64,000 nt of DNA from a virus (IMGVR_UViG_3300035497_000279:64001-128000); one strand, 5' to 3'. Shown: positions 20,601-30,412, counted from the first letter of the stretch. Notes: generated from the letters alone by a model not told the origin. A program made the numbers and translations.

Positions 20601-21069
20601 TAGTGTTTCTAGTTCTTGTTATAATAACATCGTAATCTAAATGGAATTCATATTCACCTATATAGATTGGTACTCTTCTATCTAATATGAATTTAGCTTT
20701 GCCAGATGTACTATTAACCTCAACAAAGTTGTTAGACATGTGAGATATTGGAAGATATAACATCATTGTCATCGTTGCTGGAGTAGCATTAATATCAGTA
20801 ATTGCTAAATTCATTGCATGTGCTAAGATATTTTTATGAAACTTAGCTCTTGTAGCTAAAGTCTCATTAGTTGTTTCGGATATAGCAATCAATACATTCT
20901 GTAATGATTGAGAAGATATTTCTGTAATATATCCAAATATTCCTACCATTGCTGCTGTAGAATCTAAATCAGTTATAGTCTCTTCCCTTATACTATCAAT
21001 AAATTCAGCAATGTCATATATATCAGTACTAAGAGTTGTAGAACTCGTATTTGTATTAGTCGAAGCCAT
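17635..21069 (-). CDS. baseplate wedge-like protein with inserted SH3b-like domain
   Basis: 1144 aa. N-terminal E..LATRAK..NILAHA and central SNGGKDKKS..LKKIIP..RGSVINTTD motifs recall the gp6/J-type wedge; SH3b-like segment near the C-terminus. Confidence 0.65.
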   Translation of the reverse strand: MASTNTNTSSTTLSTDIYDIAEFIDSIREETITDLDSTAAMVGIFGYITEISSQSLQNVLIAISETTNETLATRAKFHKNILAHAMNLAITDINATPATMTMMLYLPISHMSNNFVEVNSTSGKAKFILDRRVPIYIGEYEFHLDYDVIITRTRNTNGEFIYTAMYDLFETGTNVIKQANPISDITNPYITTIIKTTVDDVEYVAFSARLHQVTLVEIDRNILTDNDIENKTVTFEFEDQLTCFDIDIIESDGYVKHLTPIYSGLLDYTVEDGEWCYYEYLNENTIRIIFSRDSYVPKLNATIRINVTLSDGYSGNITYNQDFRTSMACEDYNNYNGMYMLVYPLLNGVSNGGKDKKSMSDLKKIIPRESQSRGSVINTTDLNNFFNSINDDYNYLYFYKKRDNPFERLYYAYMITKKNDTVYPTNTLSAIIEQTDFNGFAGNNNLVITPGMKFYYYDHGTDSDNNYATTKKPVYVEGLDDDKYPYPMVYNSDGDLVRVFEYISPFLITIDDDLITSYLLTVMNENKTFKFESVNTESDVQFVTTNMNWARKYLYEDENGNECTYDNKYIMTMDIIRNTDSTSKDLVTIDYDANDEIVLNNIKIKVIMVLYADETDSNPYRYIEGTLSTYDRESDVYTFTFVMETDDLMDLNNRINIIGINNAKPEALQHVDSISSAHGYMNKNTYAKVYILADFGTLPGEKDENNKTITEETAKIVLYGDDGIGNRSELEAILPTKDDIISDFLKNDVYYENEDGSQVNVVSIMKSNNEYMQHVYDYNGDELSTETSILKYLRNNKDSDFVQNTLLNDELVVKLINQYNYVDLSRYTLCNVLSVDGGLDFYHDYSSMMTSEVTVSQIQDTDLNGSPLYKEITRKDSLGNTYSEYKPIYKMNSSGNYYYNYSVKRIPMLKYGFLSTESSMQDFIFVLEERRKYMEECLVTLEDTFSVDFKFVNTYGPSNRFYYILPTETSYNAKVATKKLYVYSDLETETVIGEIALGEVITIKQTDGLWGKIDSPYEGWVRLADTSRCINYIDNVAISLKFALEAESSSDKSIASHIVDDIKEYIETINEINEIHMPNIVTLITNNYREQLKYFEFQGVNNYGPNCQHLYLDESIDADVCPEFINVATSDDKTLTPDVTIVVY

Positions 21070-21087
21070 TATATATTAACCTCCTTT

Positions 21088-22098
21088 CTAATTAGCCCAT
21101 TTAAGTCTATAATCATAATAATTTTTAGCCCCTTCAGGAGCTCTTCTTCTAGATCTTACATCTGAAATCTTGATTATATATGGGAGTGTAGCCCACGAAT
21201 TATCAATTCCATTCTTATTCCATACATCAACTGTATTACTCATGCTAGTGTAATAATCATAAACCACTTTATTAAATTCACATAATATAAGTGGGTTAGA
21301 ATCTTCTATAAATTGAGCATGGAATCCTAAAGAGAATTTGCCAAAATCTGTAGGATCACTAAAATCAGATCTTGGTACATCTGTAAAGTATACTCCTGTT
21401 GCTTTAGCATAATACATTATAGTTTCACCATCAGAGTTTACAAGGAATTTATATACAGAGAATTGATCTGATAATATATTATTTTTAATATGCTTTTTAT
21501 ATGGAGATATCTCTCCAGTCTTAGTTCTTCTAACATATTCATCATAAGCTTTAACCATTGTATATAATTCAAGATATGCTGAATCTGTAAAGCTTAAAGT
21601 AAAATCATATCCATTATCAGATTTTAAACTATGACCACGTATTGATATTTCTGTACCCATAATATTTGCTGTAGTGGTTTGAGATTCTGAAGATATAGAT
21701 GGTAGGTCCATCTTTGATGTAACAGAATTACTTAACAAATTCATAAATGGAGATTTGTTAGGGCAATTTGTGGTTTGTAATTGCCATAATGAATTAGTAT
21801 ATCTATTTTTTGCATCTATAAAGAATGGGATATCTTTTAAAGCCGTACGCAAATCACCAGTAGCTGAAAATATATGTAAATCTGGTTTTGTAAAGAATAG
21901 GAATTCTTTTAATACATTTTCATATATATATGGATCTATGTAACCATATCTATTAAACCTATCATACCATCTAATATCATCTTTAGAGAATATTAGATTT
22001 TGACCCATCACGTTAGACATCTGTTTGATTTCAAATGTCTTTTGTGGGTGACTATATTTGAGCGTACCATTCCCATCTAGTGGGTCCATCCAAGCCAT
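21088..22098 (-). CDS. putative baseplate/tail-tube-like structural protein
   Basis: FLFFTKPDL motif recalled from phiKZ/AR9-like virion proteins; co-transcribed with the wedge gene; start refined by GGAGGAG ribosome-binding site; late promoter at 22127-22140. Confidence 0.55.
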   Translation of the reverse strand: MAWMDPLDGNGTLKYSHPQKTFEIKQMSNVMGQNLIFSKDDIRWYDRFNRYGYIDPYIYENVLKEFLFFTKPDLHIFSATGDLRTALKDIPFFIDAKNRYTNSLWQLQTTNCPNKSPFMNLLSNSVTSKMDLPSISSESQTTTANIMGTEISIRGHSLKSDNGYDFTLSFTDSAYLELYTMVKAYDEYVRRTKTGEISPYKKHIKNNILSDQFSVYKFLVNSDGETIMYYAKATGVYFTDVPRSDFSDPTDFGKFSLGFHAQFIEDSNPLILCEFNKVVYDYYTSMSNTVDVWNKNGIDNSWATLPYIIKISDVRSRRRAPEGAKNYYDYRLKWAN

Positions 22099-22126
22099 AA
22101 AGTCTCCTCCTTTCAATCTATTATAA

Positions 22127-22140
22127 ATTACATAGATGTT
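22127..22140 (-). promoter_or_regulatory. late promoter motif AACA-TCTATG-TAAT
   Basis: Upstream of 22098 (minus strand). Confidence 0.65.
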
Positions 22141-22213
22141 TTCCGTATGCGAATTTACCATAAACCAAATATAATTATGATAATATACTATATACGTGGT
22201 TATAGAAAGTATT

Positions 22214-22568
22214 AAGAGATTGCAGAACTCATTAAAAAGAAATCCCTATTCTTCACTAATACGTTGCAATAAATTATTGCCAAATTTTAATTAAGAAAGG
22301 ATGATTTCAATTATGAGTAATTATAGGAAATATACATCAACTGGAGGTTTGAATCCATTCTGGGTTGAAGAGCAGTGTGAGGCAAGAAGAGCCAGAGAAA
22401 GACAGCAGGAGGCAGAGGAATGTCTTAACTACGAAAAGGCTCAGGAAACAATGCGGTTAGAAGCTAGAATGGAATTTTTAAAATCTCATTCAGGTGATCC
22501 TAGAGACTTGGAACTTGCTAGAATAGCATTAAACGGTTTTAGATAAAAACATATTTCTGCAATCTCTT
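22214..22568. repeat. perfect 14-bp inverted repeat (AAGAGATTGCAGAA 22214-22227 / TTCTGCAATCTCTT 22555-22568) flanking the small ORF
   Basis: Read directly from the sequence; right arm is followed by a T-tract. Confidence 0.85.
22313..22546 (+). CDS. small charged helical hypothetical protein enclosed by a 14-bp inverted repeat
   Basis: AAGAAAGGA ribosome-binding site; stand-alone unit between divergent late operons. Confidence 0.6.
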   Translation: MSNYRKYTSTGGLNPFWVEEQCEARRARERQQEAEECLNYEKAQETMRLEARMEFLKSHSGDPRDLELARIALNGFR

Positions 22569-22584
22569 TTATTTTTTGCCATAA

Positions 22585-22598
22585 AACATAGTATTAAT
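22585..22598 (+). promoter_or_regulatory. late promoter motif AACA-TAGTAT-TAAT
   Basis: Upstream of 22620. Confidence 0.65.
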
Positions 22599-22619
22599 AT
22601 CGAAAGGAGGATGAAACTC

Positions 22620-24038
22620 ATGAACGAATGTCAGAGACTACATGAAACAATAGTTAGAGATGTTTATGATATAATGACTGATGTCAAAGACTTTGATGAA
22701 GTAGAGTGGATGAGGCGTAAGAATAATACTGGCTCAATCGCTAGAAGAGCTTCCAATCTAATCTTAGTATTTCCTGTCATTGTATCAACGTCATTGTCAA
22801 TACAGACTGCAAGTGTAATTTCTAAAGCTATCGAGAGGAAGTGTGTATCACTTCTTCAAATACTTTTCAGTGCAATGCAGATTTCTTCTGTAGACAATAT
22901 GTACGACTACATAAAACAGTTTCATACCAATCTAAATCTTAAATCCAGTTTAACTCTGGATGATTTTATTGATGTTGTAGATACTCTCGCTAATGAGGGT
23001 GCTATTACTATCACTGATAAAGATGCATACGAGGCCGTTAAAGAAGATATGCATAATATCAACTTCTATCTTAAGAATGAGTATAACCCTACATCATTAA
23101 ATGACTATGAAGTTCGTAAAAATATGTATGGAGAGTCAGCCGTTATTCTAAATGAAAAAAAGAACGATAACTATGCCCAAGTAAGAATTAGTTTTGATAA
23201 GAAATATCTTGATACATTTTTAAATGGTATGGGTGGTAACGGTGGTAATGGAAACGATGGTAACGGTAATGGCGGAGGAAATAACAATAATGGTGGAGGT
23301 AATGTAACATACCGGAATCCAAGAGGTACAGAACGTTATTCTGACGTATATAAAGATCAGGTTGATTATTTCCGTTATCAGTTAACTCAGCCAGATGTTG
23401 ATAAGGCTAATGAGTTAATGCCTACAACAATGATTGTTAATTTTATTGCCACACAGGATGGTAAGAAGATTCAGACATCTGGAGTTATTGGTGTTAAGGC
23501 TAAGTTATATCCTGTTGATGCTATGGATATCGTTGCTAGAATCTCTTCTAAATATAAAGAGTCTAATGGCTTATTTAATTTAGTAAGAGCTTCTACAAGA
23601 GAAATTTCTTTTTTCAGAGATTTAGCATTTGCTATAGATAAAGCTAAGCTTGATGCTGTTAATATGGCTAGAGAGTCTAATAATGCTAAGATCTTTAAAG
23701 TACTTGAAAGAAGAGCAGCAAAAAATAAATTCTCAACACTACTTAAAAAGAATGATGCATCTCCAATTACATCATTGGTATTGTCCCAGGATGAAGTTGA
23801 ATATCTTAAAAAGTATTCCGATATTAATATGGAAAAGTCATATATAACAAGAAGTATTCTTGAGAAGTATAATCTCATGGATATTATTATTGCAGATGAG
23901 TCTTTAGAGGTTGCTAAATTCTTATTTGATGATGGTGATGGTATATATGAAGTTTTACCATTTGATGAATTAGAAAAGCAAGCTAAAGATTCTTCATATA
24001 AGAAAGTTATAAATCTTATGAGTAAATTAAATCGTTAG
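22620..24038 (+). CDS. putative virion structural protein with internal Gly/Asn-rich linker
   Basis: Late promoter at 22585; first gene of the head-protein block; G/N low-complexity stretch at ~23220-23305. Confidence 0.6.
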   Translation: MNECQRLHETIVRDVYDIMTDVKDFDEVEWMRRKNNTGSIARRASNLILVFPVIVSTSLSIQTASVISKAIERKCVSLLQILFSAMQISSVDNMYDYIKQFHTNLNLKSSLTLDDFIDVVDTLANEGAITITDKDAYEAVKEDMHNINFYLKNEYNPTSLNDYEVRKNMYGESAVILNEKKNDNYAQVRISFDKKYLDTFLNGMGGNGGNGNDGNGNGGGNNNNGGGNVTYRNPRGTERYSDVYKDQVDYFRYQLTQPDVDKANELMPTTMIVNFIATQDGKKIQTSGVIGVKAKLYPVDAMDIVARISSKYKESNGLFNLVRASTREISFFRDLAFAIDKAKLDAVNMARESNNAKIFKVLERRAAKNKFSTLLKKNDASPITSLVLSQDEVEYLKKYSDINMEKSYITRSILEKYNLMDIIIADESLEVAKFLFDDGDGIYEVLPFDELEKQAKDSSYKKVINLMSKLNR

Positions 24039-24055
24039 AAAGGAGGTAAGATCTA

Positions 24056-25186
24056 ATGTATATTTATGAGAATAGCAATAACGAAGCTATTAGCAATAAA
24101 GCATTCAATGGGTATATGGTTCAGCAGGAAGATACGGTAAAAGATTTTGATCATACCCAAATCTATAGATCTAAGCAGTTTACTGAAGCTATGGAATATT
24201 TTGATAAGACAGATGACATGACTAGAAAGATTCTTTTATCTGTTAATGAGGCTGATCAGAATGCAGTTTTAACTTCATTATCTAATAAGCTTTATCAGCA
24301 TATTGTAGATAAAGTAGATGATATTGATTTTGGAACTATTCCGTTATCTCGTGGTGATATTACTAAGATTGATAATTATGATCAGTTAGTTGACTGTATT
24401 AATATCATTACTGATATTTTGCAGCATTATAATCAACCTGTAGAACCTACAATTGGAGTTGTTAGTATAGCATTGCAGAATATGATTGATAGGGCTGATC
24501 TATTTACTAAAGCTTATAAACTTGATGTAGAGATGCCTATCATTATCTATAACACAATGGCTTTATCTATTGTAAGTGCAGTATCACTTATGATTTCATC
24601 ATGTATTGAATTCATGAAGCTCCCAGATGATCAGGGATTTGATATTGCTGTAGATAAAGCAGCTCTTGCAAAGACTAAAGATAATTTATTATTCACAGAT
24701 CTTGCCAAATTCAATAAACTTTGTGCGTCTGGTGAATTCGATAAAGCTATGGATTTTGTTATTTCTGGTAATAGTAAGAATTTTGCTGGTGGTGGATTTT
24801 ATTTAGCATATACAGCCAGTTCGGTAGCGGTAAGCCTTGGTTTAATTTTGCTAATTATTCCTGTGATTAGAGAGTTAATCTTCTTCTTCTATTATAGCCG
24901 CACAAAAGTATCAGATTATTTTGATGCTCAGGCTACTCTGTTAACAATGAATGCTTATAATGTAGAGAATTCATTAACTAGAGAAAGTAAGAATAAGAAA
25001 GAAATTGCTAATCGCCAGCGTAAAGTAGCAGATGCATTTAAGAAGATTTCTAATTTTCTTAAAGTTAATTTAAAATCTGCTGAACAGAAGAGTCAGAAAG
25101 ATATTAAAGATCTTGATAGTAAGAAATATAAGCATGATGAAGTGCTTGATATTGTACCAGACTCGTCTAACAGTATTCTTTTTTGA
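24056..25186 (+). CDS. putative virion protein with C-terminal hydrophobic segment
   Basis: 376 aa; FTEA and VNEA motifs; hydrophobic stretch SSVAVSLGLILLIIPVI. Confidence 0.55.
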   Translation: MYIYENSNNEAISNKAFNGYMVQQEDTVKDFDHTQIYRSKQFTEAMEYFDKTDDMTRKILLSVNEADQNAVLTSLSNKLYQHIVDKVDDIDFGTIPLSRGDITKIDNYDQLVDCINIITDILQHYNQPVEPTIGVVSIALQNMIDRADLFTKAYKLDVEMPIIIYNTMALSIVSAVSLMISSCIEFMKLPDDQGFDIAVDKAALAKTKDNLLFTDLAKFNKLCASGEFDKAMDFVISGNSKNFAGGGFYLAYTASSVAVSLGLILLIIPVIRELIFFFYYSRTKVSDYFDAQATLLTMNAYNVENSLTRESKNKKEIANRQRKVADAFKKISNFLKVNLKSAEQKSQKDIKDLDSKKYKHDEVLDIVPDSSNSILF

Positions 25187-25198
25187 GTTAAATCCTAT

Positions 25199-25212
25199 AA
25201 CATATAATTAAA
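25199..25212 (+). promoter_or_regulatory. late promoter motif AACA-TATAAT-TAAA
   Basis: Upstream of 25298. Confidence 0.6.
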
Positions 25213-25297
25213 TTATAGGGGTATATTTACCCTATGTAAACTTCGTTCAAAAAAATAAACTATAGAAATATAAAATATTACAAGGAGGAATATTGTT

Positions 25298-26614
25298 ATG
25301 ATTTTTAATAACAACACTACAAGCCTTGGTGGTAACATCCCTATGGCTGAAGGTTATGATTGCTCATACGGAACAGCTCTTGCTCTGGTAGAGAGTGCTC
25401 GTAATGATTATGCTATGTTCAGAGCAATGTTGAATGTTGAATCTAGAGAGCTTCAGATTAGAAATGAATCTGCTGGGTATGTAACTGAGGGCGAAATTAT
25501 GGCTTTAACAGAGGCAACTCTTGGTGGAATTTGGAATAAGATTAAAGAGTTATTCTCTAAGCTTATTGCAAAGATTAAAGCTATTTTCCATACATTCTTA
25601 AGCAAGATTGATTCTCTTTATAAGACAGATAGCCAGATGGTTAAGAAGTACAAGACTGAAATTCTTCGTAAGGGCTCCATTGGTAATCTTGAAGTTAAAT
25701 GGCGTAAAGTAAAAGAAAGCCCTCTTAAAACAATTCAGGGTGATAAACTTACAATTGGTGATACGGATAATTTAGTTGTTTTGGATGATTTATTTAAAAG
25801 CTCAACTACATTAACCACATCTCAGCAGGATCATGCTGTTAATAATTACTGGGCAGAAGATAGTGATGATAGATTTAATAAAATTTTTGGAATGAGTGAA
25901 GATTCTATTGAAGATGATTTGATGGAAGGGTATTTTGATGATGATTCTCCATCCACTTATCAGATTAAAGATAATGAAGTTGGTGGTATTAGAGGCATTA
26001 TTACATACCTTGAGAATTTTGAAAAGTTAAATAAATCAGTTAATAAACACGTAAGTAAAATTACCCAAAAATTAACAAAACTTGTTAATTCTTGTGATAA
26101 AAACGCTAATATCAAAGCAAAAAATAGTAACGATAAGGTATCGACAGATGAAAATGGTAATAAAATAACAATAAAAGGTCAGTATTCAGAAGACGATGTT
26201 GATAAAGCCAATAAAGTGTATGAAATATCAGTAACATATCAAAATGGATATCTTAAAATAATTGGGGTAGTTCTTGAGGCTATTAAAATTGAATATAAGC
26301 AGAATAAGGCTGCTTTTATGAAGGCTATCGCTGCAAATAATGAAAAGCTTAAGAATGAATCTACATTACTTGGTGCCTTTGCTGAGGCTGTAGAGGATGA
26401 GGTTGAGGATGTTATTGATGGTGCTATTAGTAGCGTTGATATCTCTAACACTAACAATGCTTCTACAGATCTTCTTGATGGAAGTGTTTCTAACGATCCT
26501 GATAAGCTTGTTTATGCAGATGATCCTGATTATGACGAAGCAAAGACTGATGGTACTGTTGATAGCAAGTATACCAGTAATGAGTCGGCATTCTTTGCCG
26601 CTCCGTTATACTAA
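25298..26614 (+). CDS. internal head protein paralog 1
   Basis: LTEA followed by amphipathic helix IWNKIKELFSKLIAKIKAIF, typical of phiKZ-like internal head families; paralogous to 26635, 29256 and 30413. Confidence 0.65.
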   Translation: MIFNNNTTSLGGNIPMAEGYDCSYGTALALVESARNDYAMFRAMLNVESRELQIRNESAGYVTEGEIMALTEATLGGIWNKIKELFSKLIAKIKAIFHTFLSKIDSLYKTDSQMVKKYKTEILRKGSIGNLEVKWRKVKESPLKTIQGDKLTIGDTDNLVVLDDLFKSSTTLTTSQQDHAVNNYWAEDSDDRFNKIFGMSEDSIEDDLMEGYFDDDSPSTYQIKDNEVGGIRGIITYLENFEKLNKSVNKHVSKITQKLTKLVNSCDKNANIKAKNSNDKVSTDENGNKITIKGQYSEDDVDKANKVYEISVTYQNGYLKIIGVVLEAIKIEYKQNKAAFMKAIAANNEKLKNESTLLGAFAEAVEDEVEDVIDGAISSVDISNTNNASTDLLDGSVSNDPDKLVYADDPDYDEAKTDGTVDSKYTSNESAFFAAPLY

Positions 26615-26634
26615 TTTAAAGGAGGTAAAGATTC

Positions 26635-27777
26635 ATGATTTTTGATGCTGATGGAAGCTCAAGCTATGGAAATGATTCTTATGTAAAAGAGAGTCGCTAT
26701 GAGCTTGGTCTTAAAGGCGCGCTTATGCACGTATATGAAAATGAATGTAATTACAATGCTATGATGAAGTCTATTGGCTTATCAGAGCTTAAGTATTATA
26801 AAGAGACTGGAGAGGATCTGTTCGTTAACGAAGCTGGAGCTTTTTCTGGAATGCTTGATAAAGTTAAGAAGTTCTTTAAAGCTGTTATCGAAAAGATTAA
26901 GAGTATCTTCCATAAGTTTATGGCAAAGATTAATTCTTATACAATGGAAGATAAGAAATTCGTGAAGAAGTATAAAACAGAAATTCTTCGTAAAAATGTA
27001 ACAGATCTTGAATTCACTGGATATGAGAAGTTTAAAGATAAAGTTATTAATATTCCTATTAATAATATAAACTATTATAGTGATACAGATTTACGTACTT
27101 CGGGATCTATTAACAGAGGAGAATTAAATAATAATTATAAATCTACTACTACAGATTTTACTTCTACTACAAATAAAGATAATTATTATGCAAAATATGC
27201 AGATCAGGATGCTGTAAATGATGAGTGCGAGAAAAAAAGAGGGGCAATTTATAATGGTGAGGGCTCAGCAGGTAATATGACTGAAGAGGAATTTAGAGAT
27301 GGACTTAAAGAAACATTGTATGGTGATAAAGAAACTTTCGATGTAACACCTACAATTGTAAGGAATGCACTTACCACTATTGAAAACACTAATGATGCAA
27401 TTAAGAAAGCTAAAAAAGCTCAGGATAATATTACTAAGAATATTGATAATCTTATCAGGAATTTAGATAATTATCAAAAAGAAGTAGATAAGGAATTTAG
27501 TGAAAAAAATAAAAACGGGAAAACTGCTGATAATACTGATATTGCAATGGCAAATAGAAAAACACAGAATATCAGTGACGAAATTACTATCTGGAAGTCT
27601 ATGTCTAATGACTATACTGTAGCGTATGGAATGTATGTTCAGGCTTTGAAGGATGCTAACCGTCAGGCTAAGGCTCTTTGTGTTAAGGTTATTTCTTATA
27701 ACAAGAAGGAGTCTGCTAATTACGAGAGTGCTTCTTATGCAAATGATGACATCTTCTCTGATGTAAAGTTTGTATAA
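26635..27777 (+). CDS. internal head protein paralog 2
   Basis: VNEA plus LDKVKKFFKAVIEKIKSIF; shares VKKYKTEILRK with paralog 1. Confidence 0.65.
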   Translation: MIFDADGSSSYGNDSYVKESRYELGLKGALMHVYENECNYNAMMKSIGLSELKYYKETGEDLFVNEAGAFSGMLDKVKKFFKAVIEKIKSIFHKFMAKINSYTMEDKKFVKKYKTEILRKNVTDLEFTGYEKFKDKVINIPINNINYYSDTDLRTSGSINRGELNNNYKSTTTDFTSTTNKDNYYAKYADQDAVNDECEKKRGAIYNGEGSAGNMTEEEFRDGLKETLYGDKETFDVTPTIVRNALTTIENTNDAIKKAKKAQDNITKNIDNLIRNLDNYQKEVDKEFSEKNKNGKTADNTDIAMANRKTQNISDEITIWKSMSNDYTVAYGMYVQALKDANRQAKALCVKVISYNKKESANYESASYANDDIFSDVKFV

Positions 27778-27809
27778 AGCATAATACTAATCACATAAGT
27801 AGAGATATA

Positions 27810-27837
27810 AAGAGGGTAGGATAATCCCTACCCTCTT
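27810..27837 (+). terminator. hairpin AAGAGGGTAGG-ataatc-CCTACCCTCTT
   Basis: 11-bp perfect stem after 27777. Confidence 0.7.
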
Positions 27838-27860
27838 AATCTTTTGCATTATTTAAAAAT

Positions 27861-27874
27861 TACATATTAATAAA
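27861..27874 (+). promoter_or_regulatory. late promoter motif TACA-TATTAA-TAAA
   Basis: Upstream of the peptidase gene. Confidence 0.55.
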
Positions 27875-27899
27875 TTATATGATATTGGTGGTGATTAAA

Positions 27900-29222
27900 T
27901 TGATTTTTAATACAAATAAAGTTCCTGTAAATGAAGTATATTTTGGTAAAACTAAATCAATACAGAAAATAGAATCAGCAATAGATCATTTTAGAAATAA
28001 ACATATGAATCAATATATGGTTTATAATGTAAATTCAGATCCTGAACTCATTGCAATAAATCGTATGTTGGAGAAGGAATTTGGATTTGGTACTTTTAGT
28101 TTACATATTGTAAATTGTTCTGTCGCTAATGCTGCAACATATCCGCTAGATATGAGATTTGATGTAAAAACATTTGGCAAAAATGATGAACTTCTTGTAG
28201 ATAAAACGGGTTTTAGATTTAATCCCAAAGCAGATTATGCTTGTTTATTAATTATGTATACTGGATTGATTTTCAGTCCAAATTTCACTACAGAAGAAGT
28301 TATGGCAGCTATATTGCATGAGATTGGTCATAATTTCTATGCATCTATTAATAGAAAGAATGGTGTATTATCAGCAATTTATAAAGTTCTTTTGTTTTAT
28401 GATATGTTTTACTGTTTCATTCACAGTATATATGAAGTACCAGAAGCAATTGAAATTTTACTGCATACTAATAACTCGTTTGAAGCATTGACTCAGAGAT
28501 GTGAAAGATATTTAAGAGAACATGGTAAAATACTTATTGATGTAATTGAAGCTTTTAAATTATTTTGTGATGCATTCTATGAGTTAATGATCAAAGTAAG
28601 CCAATATAGACGTTTAGTTACTTTTAATATTTATTATTTAGTAATTGCTTTAAAAGATACTCTAAATACAGCATTAAATCCATTCACATATATACTTCTT
28701 CCAATTGATTATAGAAATGAGAGGTTAGCAGATAACTTCCCTACAATGTATGGTTATGGTCCAGCATTATCATCATTTGTTACAAAATTAGATTCTGCTG
28801 GAAATAAAAATGATATACTTGTAAATGTTGTAGAGAAAACACCTGTAATTGGTACTCTTTATAATATGGTTGGATTGTCTGCACAAATATTAATAACTGC
28901 GCTTGATGAACATCCAGAGGGTATTTCGAGATGCAAGGATCAGATTGATTTACTTAATAATGAGCTTAAAAAATCTGATATGGATCCTAAGATGCGTAAA
29001 GTTATTAAGTCTGATATTGATCTTATTCAGAGAGAAATTGATAAATCTACCAATATTTCAAAATTTATTATAGATCCAGATTTTGCTCGTCATTTGTATA
29101 ATAGATTATTATATAAACTTACTGGGGCTAGAGAATTTAAGACATTCTTATTAGAAGATAGACATAAGTTTGAAGAATATGATAAGACATTCTATGAGCA
29201 ATTAGATAAATCTAAAGCTTAA
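27900..29222 (+). CDS. M48-like zinc metallopeptidase
   Basis: EEVMAAILHEIGH (HExxH), later E-x-x-A-D (NERLADNF) and DEHP motifs; probable TTG start after GGTGGTG ribosome-binding site. Confidence 0.7.
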   Translation: MIFNTNKVPVNEVYFGKTKSIQKIESAIDHFRNKHMNQYMVYNVNSDPELIAINRMLEKEFGFGTFSLHIVNCSVANAATYPLDMRFDVKTFGKNDELLVDKTGFRFNPKADYACLLIMYTGLIFSPNFTTEEVMAAILHEIGHNFYASINRKNGVLSAIYKVLLFYDMFYCFIHSIYEVPEAIEILLHTNNSFEALTQRCERYLREHGKILIDVIEAFKLFCDAFYELMIKVSQYRRLVTFNIYYLVIALKDTLNTALNPFTYILLPIDYRNERLADNFPTMYGYGPALSSFVTKLDSAGNKNDILVNVVEKTPVIGTLYNMVGLSAQILITALDEHPEGISRCKDQIDLLNNELKKSDMDPKMRKVIKSDIDLIQREIDKSTNISKFIIDPDFARHLYNRLLYKLTGAREFKTFLLEDRHKFEEYDKTFYEQLDKSKA

Positions 29223-29236
29223 GACATTTAATTAAA
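29223..29236 (+). promoter_or_regulatory. late promoter motif GACA-TTTAAT-TAAA
   Basis: Upstream of 29256. Confidence 0.6.
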
Positions 29237-29255
29237 AATCCAAGGAGGTAGAGTA

Positions 29256-30407
29256 ATGAGCAATGTATATGGGTTAAGCCCAGTTAATACGTTAGCTAAC
29301 GCTTCATATGATGTGTTGCGAATGGATGCTATTGAAGATCCATTAATTAACGTAAATAAGTTAGCTACTATGGACTTTGAAGAGTCTTATTTTGCTATTG
29401 CTGTAGATTACATTAAAGAATCTACTAGAGAATATACTGACTCTAAAATTAAGCTCTATAAAGCTATTTCAGAAGCTACATCTGAAGGTGTAGTTTTAGA
29501 GTCATTTTCAGATTTCTTTACATCTGTAAAGAATATTATTGACAAATTCCTCAAGTGGATAAAATCTTTATTTGAAAGATTTCTGAATACTCTTAATAGT
29601 CTTATTAGTAGTGATAAGTATCTTAATAAGCATAAGAAAGATTTAGATAACTTTAGAAATGTAGATGAATTTACTTTCACTGGGTACAATTATACTTTTA
29701 GTGAGACAATTCCTAAGGCAAGTGCTGCACTGGAATTTAATTCTAGTCTTATTGGAGATGATTTAAAAGCTGCTGCTGGAAATGCACTTACAGTAGAAGA
29801 TGTAAAGAATACTGTAAATGGATTAAATCTTGATGAGGCTTATAATACATTCAGAGCAGAGGTTCTTGGTTATGCTGGTGATAGTATTGATTACTCTGAC
29901 TTTTCTGAAGAGTTATTTAGAGTATATAGAAATGATGAATTAGATACAGAAGAAATTGAAGTCAATTCTTTATATGTACGTAAAGCAAAGGCTAGATTCT
30001 TTGATTATAAGAAAGCTAAGTCTTCTGTAGAAAGACAGCAGAAAGCTGTTAATGAGGCTTATCGTAAAGTAGAGAAGCAAGTTAAAGAATTAACCAGCAA
30101 TAATGGTAATATTAATATTGCTGCATTTATGGCTAAAATGCCAGACAGTGCAGGGTTTAACACTATTGACGTTAAACATACTACTACTCCTAATACAGAT
30201 AATGGCATTCTTACTGCTGAGTTTATGACTCAGATGGATATCTATCTTAATGCTAAGATTGACATGATTCAGGAGTATTCTAATATTCATGCTCTTGCTT
30301 ATAGTGCTAAATTGGATGCTATGAAAGATGCATATAAGCAGGATAAGGCTGTATTATATACTGCATTATCAAAGATTATGCGTACAGATAATGCAAGAAA
30401 GGAGTGA
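29256..30407 (+). CDS. internal head protein paralog 3
   Basis: VLES plus FSDFFTSVKNIIDKFLKWIKSLF..DKYLNKHK. Confidence 0.6.
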   Translation: MSNVYGLSPVNTLANASYDVLRMDAIEDPLINVNKLATMDFEESYFAIAVDYIKESTREYTDSKIKLYKAISEATSEGVVLESFSDFFTSVKNIIDKFLKWIKSLFERFLNTLNSLISSDKYLNKHKKDLDNFRNVDEFTFTGYNYTFSETIPKASAALEFNSSLIGDDLKAAAGNALTVEDVKNTVNGLNLDEAYNTFRAEVLGYAGDSIDYSDFSEELFRVYRNDELDTEEIEVNSLYVRKAKARFFDYKKAKSSVERQQKAVNEAYRKVEKQVKELTSNNGNINIAAFMAKMPDSAGFNTIDVKHTTTPNTDNGILTAEFMTQMDIYLNAKIDMIQEYSNIHALAYSAKLDAMKDAYKQDKAVLYTALSKIMRTDNARKE

Positions 30408-30412
30408 TCTAT

